From an uncultured bacterium (GTDB lineage Bacteria; Hydrothermota; Tepidihabitantia; Tepidihabitantales; Tepidihabitantaceae): a stretch of DNA of 64,000 bases. The position numbers and the translations under genes are program-made. Shown here piece after piece: positions 18,479 through 26,918 of the stretch (its first letter is position 1; every line of letters begins with the position of its first letter). The notes below the pieces were generated by a model. It saw nothing but the letters and a program-made list of their open reading frames with translations. It made no database searches and was not told the DNA's origin. The stretch is taken from contig CAZPVT010000034.1 of assembly GCA_964590395.1 (NCBI GenBank), positions 31,464 to 95,463 on the forward strand. The letters run 5' to 3'.

Positions 18479-18692
18479 CGGAATGACAAAAAGGACATGT
18501 CATTGCGCGGTCCTCCTCCTTTTGTCATTGCGAGGAGCGTTAGCGACGAAGCAATCTAAAAGCGGATAAATTGGCATCACCCGCAGAGAGATTGCTTCGC
18601 TACCGCTCGCAATGACCGGGGAAGGGAGGCGGTTCGGAATGACGAGTTGAGGGGAAGTCAGTGTATTCTGCGGAAGACAGGTGGCAATCTAC
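18479..18692 (+). repeat. composite intergenic repeat with an inverted pair of ATTGC...GCAAT cores
   Basis: 18524-18557 (gtcattgcgaggagcgttagcgacgaagcaatct) is the inverted copy of 18589-18616. Unit 18587-18646 matches 17422-17479, and 18661-18692 matches 17361-17395. Confidence 0.8.
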
Positions 18693-18779
18693 AACACTGG
18701 GATTAACCGGTATCTTTTAACTTAATGGTTAAATTTCGGTAACTGTTTGAAAAGTTGTGTTTTATATTATGGATGATAT

Positions 18780-19097
18780 TTGAAACCCTGCCTAGTGGGC
18801 AGTATCGGGGAGGGTATCTGTAATGGTCTTGGACCGGGTTATGAGATGGGTATCTTTCGGGGTTATGGTTGTGGCAACAGGGCTGGTGTTGTATCGGGTT
18901 TATATTGCGGTTGGGTTTTCGGTGCCGGGCATGGTTTAGAACGGAGTTTTGAGGAGGGTTAACAGTTGGGTTATGGTGAGGGTTATCATTGCGGTATGGC
19001 TAATGGTCTTATCCGGGGTTCTGTCAACGGTACGGTTAGGAGTTGGGATAACCGATACTTTAACCGGTTATTGACAAAACTGATTTACGGTTTATAA
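18780..19097 (+). other. 12-nt phased GGT array, a glycine-zipper-like reading frame with one in-frame TAA (cryptic small ORFs or pseudogene)
   Basis: In the frame opening at 18780, every 4th codon from codon 12 to codon 84 is GGT (17 of 19), GGC (1) or AGT (1). TAA at 18960-18962 interrupts it. GAGGAGG (18951-18957) plus 8 nt plus TTG (18966) could restart translation. Confidence 0.4.
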
Positions 19098-19098
19098 T
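19071..19098 (+). promoter_or_regulatory. sigma70-type promoter (TTGACA-16-TATAAT) for the 19120 gene
   Basis: ttgacaaaactgatttacggtttataat has both hexamers at consensus. AAGGAGG at 19109-19115 precedes the ATG at 19120. Confidence 0.65.
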
Positions 19099-19119
19099 AG
19101 TAGATAGAAAGGAGGTAGT

Positions 19120-20457
19120 ATGAAACCGACAGTTGTCGTCTGCTTGGTTATGCTGGCTGTTACCCTATGCTTCAGCCAGTATCAGTTTGGCGTGGTCTGC
19201 TCAACCGACAACCGTTTCGCAACCGGGCCCAACAACAGTCACAAACTGGCATTCAGTTCTGAGATACTTGACCCGGCTCGAGATACCGTAACACTGGTCT
19301 TTCAGTCTCAGGGGAGTATCTATATCTGTTTTTCCGGTAACAGCGCTCCTAATCCGTGGTCAAGACCAGTTGCTTACTATCCGGGTAACGAACCGGCAAT
19401 CGCCTATGGAAGAGATGGTAACCGTCATCTGGTCTGGGTTATGATGGATACCATCACCCGCGCATTGAATGTCTTCTATCGGGTGCTTGAGTACCGGATG
19501 TTGCCAATAAATGTCAGTTTTTCGGGTAATAACTGTCATTATCCGGATGTGTTTGCCGATGAGCAGGGTGTCGCCCATATCGTGTGGGCGGAGTCTTTGT
19601 CCGGCAGTAGTCAGATTTACTACCAGAAGGCGGATGTCAATGGACGGATTGGTGAAAGGTTTCTTGTTTCCAGTAGCGGTGGCTATTGCCTATCCCCGTC
19701 AATTGAAAAGTTTGGCGATACGATTACTGTGATCTGGCAGGAGTATGAGCCGAGCCAACCCCCGCCGTATAGCATTGTGTGCCGGCGTCAGGCTAACGGT
19801 GCCTGGTTGTCAGAGGAGATTCTTGCCCAGAGCAGTGAACCTCTGTCCCATCCAGCGCTGGATTTCTCTCCGGGCAATGAAGGGATTTCTGCCTGCTGGG
19901 ATTTTAACAATGGGGGGAATCTTGAGGTGCGATTTTACGGTGGGAATCCGGGCGGTGGTTTTTCAACACCCGGTGCTTCCACCGCGCCGGTTATGGCAAC
20001 AGTGGGTGGTGTCTGGTCGTATTACTTCTGGGAGGAGGAGTCAGCCGGGGTGAAAGATATCTACAGCCATTTCTACTACTTTATGAGCGGCTGGTCGCGT
20101 GGTTCACTGCGCCAGTTGTTTATGCTCAACGAACCGGTTTATGCTCCTAACTGCCTCGGGGCGCTGGTGGTCTGGACACAGGGTGAATCTGCACCTTATA
20201 AGGTGATGTGGGGATTTTTCGGTTATCCGATCAGCATCGCTGAACCGGTCGAGCCGAGAAATGCCAGGCTGAAAAGCATGATCGCCAGCAATCTCCTGAA
20301 AACACCAGATGCAGATCAGTCATCATATCTTCTGGACATCACCGGTAGAAAGGTGATGAGAGTGCAGGCCGGCACCAACGATATCAGCAGAGTCAAGCCC
20401 GGGGTTTATTATCTGCAGACCGGCAATTACCGGGAACGGCTAACCGTTATCCGGTAG
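19120..20457 (+). CDS. secreted beta-propeller-like repeat protein with a T9SS-type C-terminal domain
   Basis: Signal peptide MKPTVVVCLVMLAVTLCFSQ. Recurring ..H.VW.. blades (HLVWVMMD, AHIVWAES, ITVIWQEY, ALVVWTQG). C-terminus reads YLLDITGRKVM...VKPGVYYLQ. Confidence 0.65.
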   Translation: MKPTVVVCLVMLAVTLCFSQYQFGVVCSTDNRFATGPNNSHKLAFSSEILDPARDTVTLVFQSQGSIYICFSGNSAPNPWSRPVAYYPGNEPAIAYGRDGNRHLVWVMMDTITRALNVFYRVLEYRMLPINVSFSGNNCHYPDVFADEQGVAHIVWAESLSGSSQIYYQKADVNGRIGERFLVSSSGGYCLSPSIEKFGDTITVIWQEYEPSQPPPYSIVCRRQANGAWLSEEILAQSSEPLSHPALDFSPGNEGISACWDFNNGGNLEVRFYGGNPGGGFSTPGASTAPVMATVGGVWSYYFWEEESAGVKDIYSHFYYFMSGWSRGSLRQLFMLNEPVYAPNCLGALVVWTQGESAPYKVMWGFFGYPISIAEPVEPRNARLKSMIASNLLKTPDADQSSYLLDITGRKVMRVQAGTNDISRVKPGVYYLQTGNYRERLTVIR

Positions 20458-20603
20458 AAAGGTATAGTTGAGCAGTAGTGGGTGTTGAGTTGATTTCAGG
20501 GAAAGCACTAAGCAGGAGGCGCAATATCGTCAATACCATTTGGGCGGTGGTGTCGTAGCGGGTGTTATATTTTCTCGGTTCTTTGGGGAAAGGAGCTAAG
20601 TCT

Positions 20604-20957
20604 TCAGAATAGCATAATTTCAAAGCCCTGCTCAATATAGCGGGCGATTACAGGATGATTATCCAGTTCACCGCACAGTTGTAATCCCTGTTCCACCACC
20701 GCGGGCACAACCGTATTCTTCTGGGCACAGGCGCGACACACGCAGTCAATCAGACGGGAGTTTTTTGCTTTCTGCCAGAGGCTGGCAAACGGCTTGGTTT
20801 CGTTCCGTAAAAGCGATACCTGCTTGGTGGCATCACCTTCAACTACCACCTTTACCTCCCAGCCTTTTGCCTGCATATCCAAAGCGTTCAAAAGGGCATG
20901 GGCAAATACCACCGGGTCCGAGTTGAAGACAAAGATGGCAATTCGTTTTTTCTCCAT
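20604..20957 (-). CDS. DsrE/DsrF-like sulfur-relay family protein (tentative)
   Basis: 117 aa of alpha/beta pattern with IAIFVFNSDP... and conserved Cys residues (CVCRACAQ). AAGGAG SD upstream. Confidence 0.5.
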   Translation of the reverse strand: MEKKRIAIFVFNSDPVVFAHALLNALDMQAKGWEVKVVVEGDATKQVSLLRNETKPFASLWQKAKNSRLIDCVCRACAQKNTVVPAVVEQGLQLCGELDNHPVIARYIEQGFEIMLF

Positions 20958-21025
20958 AAACCGCTCCTTTTATTAAGCATCAAAGATAGGTTAATCAATC
21001 TGTTTGGTTATGTCAAATGTAAGGC

Positions 21026-21053
21026 TTGCTTTGAAAGTTTTTTCAGTTTTAAT
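21026..21053 (+). promoter_or_regulatory. promoter abutting the adh ATG (TTGCTT-16-TTTAAT-7 nt-ATG)
   Basis: The plus strand reads TTGCTT tgaaagttttttcagt TTTAAT taatctg ATG(21061), with no SD. Confidence 0.4.
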
Positions 21054-21060
21054 TAATCTG

Positions 21061-22056
21061 ATGTGGGCGATGGTATTAAACGAAATCGGACCGGTGGAGA
21101 AGGAGCCACTAAAACTGACCGAGATACCGATTCCTGAGCCAGATTCGGGTGAAATACGGGTGAAGGTGCTTGCCTGCGGTGTCTGCCATACCGATATTCA
21201 TATAGTTGAGGGTGATATCAAACCACCTGCACTGCCGTTAATTTTAGGACATCAGATCGTTGGTGTGGTGGAGAAAACAGGTCCGGGTGTGGAGGAGCCA
21301 TTACCGGGAAAAGTTGTCGGAGTGCCCTGGCTCGGTGCTGTTTGTGGCAGGTGCCGTTATTGTGAGCGGGGAATGGAGAATCTCTGTTCAGATGTCCGAT
21401 TCACCGGTTTCCATTATCAGGGTGGTTATGCGGAATATACAATCGTCAAAACCGGTTTCTGTTATCCTCTGCCGGAGGAGATCTCTCCGGTCAGTCTGGC
21501 ACCCCTGCTTTGTGCTGGTGTGATCGGTTATCGCAGTCTGAAAAGGGCAGAGATAAAGCCCGGAGATAGTGTTGGGCTTTACGGTTTTGGTGCTTCAGCC
21601 CATATCTGCCTGCAGATATTAAAACACTGGGGGTGTAGGGTGGCGGTTTTTACCCGCACTTCGGCCCATCAGACACACGCCCGGGAACTGGGTGCGGGTT
21701 GGGTGGGTACCGCCCAGGAGAAACCGCCTTTCCGATTAGATGCGGGTGTGATTTTCGCTCCAGCTGGGGAACTGGTACCTTTAGCCCTTGCCCATCTGGA
21801 TAAAGGAGGCACTATTGCCCTCGCCGGTATCCATATGAGTCCGATCCCGGGTTTTAACTATCGCCTCATTTACGAGGAACGAACAGTGCGGTCGGTTGCC
21901 AACAGTACCAGAGATGATGTCCGGGAGTTTTTGTGTCTAGCCCGTGAGATCTCAATCCGGACAACGGTTACTAACATGCCCCTAAATCAGGCAAATGAGG
22001 CGCTTATCCGGGTCAAGCACAGTCAGATAAACGGGGCGGTGGTGCTTGTAGTTTAG
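21061..22056 (+). CDS. zinc-dependent alcohol dehydrogenase (MDR family)
   Basis: MWAMVLNE... N-terminus, GVCHTDIH catalytic-zinc motif, CGRCRYCERGMENLC structural-zinc motif and GFGASAH Rossmann motif. Confidence 0.8.
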   Translation: MWAMVLNEIGPVEKEPLKLTEIPIPEPDSGEIRVKVLACGVCHTDIHIVEGDIKPPALPLILGHQIVGVVEKTGPGVEEPLPGKVVGVPWLGAVCGRCRYCERGMENLCSDVRFTGFHYQGGYAEYTIVKTGFCYPLPEEISPVSLAPLLCAGVIGYRSLKRAEIKPGDSVGLYGFGASAHICLQILKHWGCRVAVFTRTSAHQTHARELGAGWVGTAQEKPPFRLDAGVIFAPAGELVPLALAHLDKGGTIALAGIHMSPIPGFNYRLIYEERTVRSVANSTRDDVREFLCLAREISIRTTVTNMPLNQANEALIRVKHSQINGAVVLVV

Positions 22057-22097
22057 AAAAGATATTGGGTGTAGTTTAATCATTTGAAGGGGGAGTG

Positions 22098-22892
22098 ATG
22101 GACTGGTTGAATAAAGCAGAAAAGGCAGCCCAAGAGGTGTGGCGAGTGCTGGGTGAGGGCTGGGAGGAAAGGGTTTATGAGGAGGCTCTGGCACATGAAC
22201 TGCGACTACGCAAGATTCCTTACGAACGGCAGCGGAATTTTGAGATACTATACAGGGGTTACAAGGTGGGAGAGGGTCGGGCAGATCTGATTCTGAATCC
22301 TTTGTGGGCGGGCAGGGGTGGAAGTGAGGTGGTGTTGGAGTTGAAGTCGGTAAAGAATATCACTGAGGCGCATCAGCGGCAGGTGCAGGTCTATATGGTG
22401 GCGCTGAATATTGAAAAGGGAGCGGTTTTGAGTTTCGGGGACGGGATTTTGATGCAGGAGGTGAAAAGGCAGGCGCGAAACCTGGACGATACTGTTGCCC
22501 AGCCAACAAAGACCCGTCGGCAACTCGGCACGATACTGAAATCTGCAGCAGAGATGGTTTACCAGTATTTTGGTTCTGAGTTCATTTACCGGGAGAAGGG
22601 GATAGAACTATTTCCCAATGCGATCGGTGTGGAGTTACGGCTGAATGGAATTGAGTTTTCTTTCGGCAGATTTCCGGTTTGCTACAAGCATCATCAGGTG
22701 AGCGAAGTTGATTTTAATTTTATATTTCCGGATGGGGTGGTTGCCAATGTATTAGCCTATAAAAAGTTAGAGGAGATTGAGGACGAGACAGCAGAGTTCA
22801 CCGAGGCGGTGAAGATGTTTGGCTTGAAAAATGGCTATCTAGTCTTTATTCCGTACCGGGAGGGTGATAAGATTATTGTGAGAGCGGTTTAA
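22098..22892 (+). CDS. tandem-duplicated GxxExxY-family PD-(D/E)xK-like protein
   Basis: The first half has GWEERVY, ...RADLIL... and VLELKSV, typical of GxxExxY proteins. The second half (from about residue 145) is collinear but degenerate. GGGGGAG SD before the ATG at 22098. Confidence 0.7.
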   Translation: MDWLNKAEKAAQEVWRVLGEGWEERVYEEALAHELRLRKIPYERQRNFEILYRGYKVGEGRADLILNPLWAGRGGSEVVLELKSVKNITEAHQRQVQVYMVALNIEKGAVLSFGDGILMQEVKRQARNLDDTVAQPTKTRRQLGTILKSAAEMVYQYFGSEFIYREKGIELFPNAIGVELRLNGIEFSFGRFPVCYKHHQVSEVDFNFIFPDGVVANVLAYKKLEEIEDETAEFTEAVKMFGLKNGYLVFIPYREGDKIIVRAV

Positions 22893-22897
22893 CTGTA

Positions 22898-22925
22898 TTG
22901 ACAAACGTATTTATTTTTGTAAACT
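22898..22925 (+). promoter_or_regulatory. candidate promoter (TTGACA-16-TAAACT) for the 22976 gene
   Basis: ttgacaaacgtatttatttttgtaaact has a consensus -35 and a weaker -10. AAGGAGG precedes the ATG at 22976. Confidence 0.35.
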
Positions 22926-22975
22926 CTGGGTGTGAGGTCCGTATCCTAAGTCGTAAACAATAAAAGGAGGTTTTT

Positions 22976-24364
22976 ATGAGAAAGGCGTTAGCGCTGGTTT
23001 TACTGCCGGCAATCGGGCTGGCAATCTACGATATGAAGTGGTTTGACTTAAACAACTGGCGCTGTCCGTTTTATAACTATGGCCCTTGGGGTATAGATAA
23101 CACCGGACTCCCTCGTGCTGGGGGCAGTTGGCCATCGCCCTTGCGCAACTTTTATATATTTGGTGCGGGTCCCTGGGCTGGCACGGTCGCAGGTAATGAG
23201 ACGCTGGTAACCATAGGCTACAATCCGAATACCGCCGCAAGCGAGATGGTGCCGGTGCTCTGTCGCTACTATCATCAGGGGACAGGAGATTCCTTGGACC
23301 GAATTTATAAATATCCGGGTGACTGGCCCGCACCGTTGAACCGGTTTCCGATGGCACCGCAGGAGCCGCGATCCGAAATGGACTTATGGATGTGCTTCAG
23401 CGATTCCGAGCCTGACTATCATACACCGCCTGGTAGACCGCTCGGAATTGATCTTTATCTGACGGTTTATGGCTTCACCGACTCCTTTTCCCGGGATATG
23501 TTTATTCTGAAGTATGAACTGGCAAATGCCAGTGGTGCGGCATTGAGTCAGATTTATTTCGGGATCGCGATGGATGCCGACGTAGGTAGTTGCACTGATG
23601 ATATGGCGGGGTTGATTCTGAATCGGCGTTTCGCGGTAGGCTCGGACACATTCTGGGTGAAGAATGTCGCCTTTTTCTATGATTTTGATAACAGTGAAAT
23701 GCCCGGAGAAAACTGGGAGAGTGGAACCCCAGGCGCGGTAGCGATTCGTCTGCTTCTGGCACCAAACAATCGCGATCTTACCGCATTCAAGAGGTTCACC
23801 ATTGAGTTTGACCCGGCGACAGATCCGGAGCAGTATCTGACACTAAAGGGTTATGATTACCGTAACGGTGATTATGTACCATACGATTCATTGGATTCAG
23901 TACCCGGTGATAAAAGGGGACTGCTTGCGGTTGGTCCGGTTGATCTGGCACCGGCTGAGGTTGCCACTTACTATTTTGCGGTTATCGCTGCGCCTTATGG
24001 CACCCAGGGGCAGATGCCTTGGGAACGGGATACTACCGAACTGGCGCTAAGATGCTGGTGGGCAGAACAGGTGCTGGCAAGGATTCTTGGCATTGAAGAA
24101 GAGAGACAGCCGGCACAGGTTAATAGGGAGCTAAAGGTATATCCGAACCCGTGTGTCTTAGGTAGCCATTTGCGTGTTGCTTTTGACGGAATGGTGGATA
24201 TCTATGATACTCAGGGTAGACTCGTCCGTGTTTTGAACGGAAAAGAGGGAGTCTGGGATACAAGGGATGTGAATGGGAGAGTGGTTCCTGCCGGAGTCTA
24301 TTTTGTGCAACCGGCTGGTGCTAAAGGTGGAAGACAGAAGGTGCTGTTGGTACGCGGGCGTTAA
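22976..24364 (+). CDS. secreted protein of unknown function with a T9SS-type C-terminal domain
   Basis: Signal peptide MRKALALVLLPAIGLA. C-terminus reads LKVYPNPCVLGSHLRVAF...VDIYDTQGRLVRVL...AGVYFVQ. Confidence 0.65.
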   Translation: MRKALALVLLPAIGLAIYDMKWFDLNNWRCPFYNYGPWGIDNTGLPRAGGSWPSPLRNFYIFGAGPWAGTVAGNETLVTIGYNPNTAASEMVPVLCRYYHQGTGDSLDRIYKYPGDWPAPLNRFPMAPQEPRSEMDLWMCFSDSEPDYHTPPGRPLGIDLYLTVYGFTDSFSRDMFILKYELANASGAALSQIYFGIAMDADVGSCTDDMAGLILNRRFAVGSDTFWVKNVAFFYDFDNSEMPGENWESGTPGAVAIRLLLAPNNRDLTAFKRFTIEFDPATDPEQYLTLKGYDYRNGDYVPYDSLDSVPGDKRGLLAVGPVDLAPAEVATYYFAVIAAPYGTQGQMPWERDTTELALRCWWAEQVLARILGIEEERQPAQVNRELKVYPNPCVLGSHLRVAFDGMVDIYDTQGRLVRVLNGKEGVWDTRDVNGRVVPAGVYFVQPAGAKGGRQKVLLVRGR

Positions 24365-24411
24365 AAAAGAATTCAGACGTCAGAATAAAGTTTAAAGTTT
24401 TAAAACCGGAG

Positions 24412-25824
24412 TCAATTCTCTCCGTTCGGGTTTTCGTGGGTGATTCTTAGAAGATAGAAGTCTTTCTGGATGAGTTGATTTGGTGGCAGAGTCAAGGTGC
24501 AGGTTTGAGGGGAATAAAGATTGCCTGCACTCGCGGTCAAAATATATGTGCCACTTGGGATAGGTTTGATGACATAAGTTCCTAAGTCCGGGTCGGTGGT
24601 TTGTTCGCCGACTATCGGTCCTTTGTAAGTAATAATGCCTGGTAGTGGTTTGGTGGTTGAGCGATCGTAAATTGTGCCGGTGAGGATAGAGTATTGGACC
24701 GGCTGCAAAGCGATAATCGCAGATTGCTCCCGGTCGCCAAGAATTAGCATTGTGTCAGTGCGGGCGAGGTAGCCGTCGCGCCGGGTTTGAATTACAATTC
24801 TGCCTCGCGGCAAGCGGGTAAGCGTGAGTTCACCAAGGGGATTGGTTTCGCCGGTAAACTGGCGAACGCCATCAAGTTTTATCTCCGCCCGGATGCGCTC
24901 CTGGGATTGGGCATCAATAATCCTAATTCTCAAACTTCCGGCGCCACGGCGCGGCAGTTGGATACGGATGCCGAGTCGATGTAATAAACCGAGTTTGCCA
25001 TAAGGCGATAAGGAGTAGTCAATTGTCAGGTTGGTCAGGTTGATGCCGACACCAGCGGTAATTCCGCTAAAAAGACCGAGGCTTTTGAGATCAACGGGAC
25101 CGGTACGATAGCCTATGCGCAGGCTGATCTCCTTAAAAGGCAGATACTCAATTCCGAATCGGAAGTTGAGCCGGCGGTCAAAGGGGTATACACCGTCAAT
25201 TGCGGATTTGAACTTCGGGGTGGTGTAAGCAATACCAATGGCTATTTCCGCAGGCAGGGGTTCAAGGCTGGTATATTTCAGAGCGCCGAAGTTGCGTAGG
25301 GCAATGCCAGCCTGAATGAAACTGAGCGGTTGAGCAGAAAAGCCTATATCAAAGCCTGCACCGTAGCCTCTATCAGTGTAGAGGTCCTGATAACATCCTT
25401 TAACTCCAGCCCCTAAATAATAATTTTTTACGATCGGAATACCGAAGCCGAACGCAAGAACCGCATCCCAGACAGAAAAGGTATCAATCGGCTGATTATT
25501 TTTATCCCAGAACTCGATTTCTGGTGTTACCGAGTAAAGCAGGCCCAATCCGAATCTTCCCTGATTCATGGGTAGTGCAAAGTGAAGAAGTTCGTCGGTG
25601 GTGCCGGCAAAGGCCGAATGGTGGGTAAAGGAGATGGAGTACTCGTCGGTTTTTCCCAGTCCGGCACAGTTCCAATAAAGTGCAGTGGCATCATCAGCGA
25701 TTGCAGTGAATGCTTCACCCATTCCGGTAGCACGTGGACCCTGCCCAAGGCGCAATACGGGCATAACCGTTGGGCTGTTTATCTCCCATGGTAAAATCGT
25801 GAGCAAGAAAATTGTCAGGCTCAT
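24412..25824 (-). CDS. PorV/PorQ-like outer-membrane beta-barrel fused to carboxypeptidase-regulatory-like domains
   Basis: The N-terminal motif GPRATGMGEAFTAIADDATALYWNCAGLG is followed by alternating beta-strand patterns for about 290 aa. The C-terminal ~170 aa contains two CarboxypepD_reg-like segments (e.g. LTGTIYD...GTYILTAS). Confidence 0.6.
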   Translation of the reverse strand: MSLTIFLLTILPWEINSPTVMPVLRLGQGPRATGMGEAFTAIADDATALYWNCAGLGKTDEYSISFTHHSAFAGTTDELLHFALPMNQGRFGLGLLYSVTPEIEFWDKNNQPIDTFSVWDAVLAFGFGIPIVKNYYLGAGVKGCYQDLYTDRGYGAGFDIGFSAQPLSFIQAGIALRNFGALKYTSLEPLPAEIAIGIAYTTPKFKSAIDGVYPFDRRLNFRFGIEYLPFKEISLRIGYRTGPVDLKSLGLFSGITAGVGINLTNLTIDYSLSPYGKLGLLHRLGIRIQLPRRGAGSLRIRIIDAQSQERIRAEIKLDGVRQFTGETNPLGELTLTRLPRGRIVIQTRRDGYLARTDTMLILGDREQSAIIALQPVQYSILTGTIYDRSTTKPLPGIITYKGPIVGEQTTDPDLGTYVIKPIPSGTYILTASAGNLYSPQTCTLTLPPNQLIQKDFYLLRITHENPNGEN

Positions 25825-25826
25825 AA

Positions 25827-26909
25827 CTACCTTGGGTTGACGACCAGTTTCTTGTGAATTTTTATTATTCCTTTTCCGAGTTTGAATTCGAGGAGATAAT
25901 GATACAAACCAGGGGCGACCGACTGGTGGTTTTTGTTTCTCGCCTGCCAGTTGAGAAGATGAACGCCCGCAGTTAAGTATTCGTTATCTATCAGGGTGCA
26001 AATCTGTTCTCCTGCCCGATTAAAAATTGTCAGGGTTACCCAGCCCGGGTTAGGCAGAGAGAAGACAAATACAGTATGGTCATAAAGCGGATTAGGATAG
26101 TTGTGGACAGTTAAAATGGGCACAAGAAATATTTTTAACTCTGCTTGGGCTTTTAGCAGGGTGTCGATCGCAGAAAACGCTTTGATAATCAGTTTAACCG
26201 AATCCATAGCGTTAGTATCACCTGATAGTTGGGATGGTGTGGAAATAAGCAGGTTGAAATAGACGCGTCTACTAGGGATGATGAATCCGAGGTCAGGTAA
26301 ACCGTCGGTATCGGTGTCGGTTAGAGGGGTGGTTCCGGTGGAGTCTAAAAGGCGGGCAGTCCAGCCGGATGGTAACATAGGAGGCTGAAGTTCGATAGTT
26401 GAACCGAGGTGGTGCGCAAAATCGACATAGAAAAGAAAATGCCTACTTTCTCCAAACTTAAGGCTTCCGGCCTGATTTGGTCCGAGGAGAAGGAACGTTT
26501 CAGTGGTAACCTGAACGTTGCTGAGGTAGAGGTCATTTTCCGGATCGCTATCCACGCTTAGCATTGTCGAGCAGGCCACCTGATGGCTGCCAACGGTAGC
26601 AATCCAGAGTGGAAATGAAATTGTAATTACAGAGTCAGGTAGAAGTGTAGTATTGACGGTGATGGTGTGATCATAGAGATCACCGATACGGAATCGGACA
26701 TCAAAGTAGCGTTCCGGGAAATCACCGAAGTTGGCGATTAATGCCCGAGGAGTTACGGTGTCACCCATTCTCAGTATGCCAACCGGAGCTGAGATTTCAA
26801 TTGTGCCGATGTCGTGAATCTCCTGGGCTGGGATTTTATTTATTATGGTTCCGGGGATTGTCAGTATTAGCAACAGATGCCAAAGGGAGGGCAGAGCGGA
26901 TCTGGACAT
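25827..26909 (-). CDS. secreted CARDB-like protein with a T9SS/FlgD-Ig-like C-terminal domain
   Basis: Signal peptide, CARDB-like block (GDTVTPRALIANFGDF...), and C-terminus VHNYPNPLYDHTVFVFSL...VTLTIFNRAGEQICTL...PGLYHYLLEF. Confidence 0.65.
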   Translation of the reverse strand: MSRSALPSLWHLLLILTIPGTIINKIPAQEIHDIGTIEISAPVGILRMGDTVTPRALIANFGDFPERYFDVRFRIGDLYDHTITVNTTLLPDSVITISFPLWIATVGSHQVACSTMLSVDSDPENDLYLSNVQVTTETFLLLGPNQAGSLKFGESRHFLFYVDFAHHLGSTIELQPPMLPSGWTARLLDSTGTTPLTDTDTDGLPDLGFIIPSRRVYFNLLISTPSQLSGDTNAMDSVKLIIKAFSAIDTLLKAQAELKIFLVPILTVHNYPNPLYDHTVFVFSLPNPGWVTLTIFNRAGEQICTLIDNEYLTAGVHLLNWQARNKNHQSVAPGLYHYLLEFKLGKGIIKIHKKLVVNPR

Positions 26910-26918
26910 TACTTGGGA

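Noticed and set aside
18780-19097. Reading the Gly/Cys-rich frame as a microcin B17/TOMM-type precursor.
   Set aside because: This stays as speculation inside the finding only. No cyclodehydratase/YcaO, dehydrogenase, leader-peptidase or export genes are nearby, and the first ORF lacks a credible start signal.
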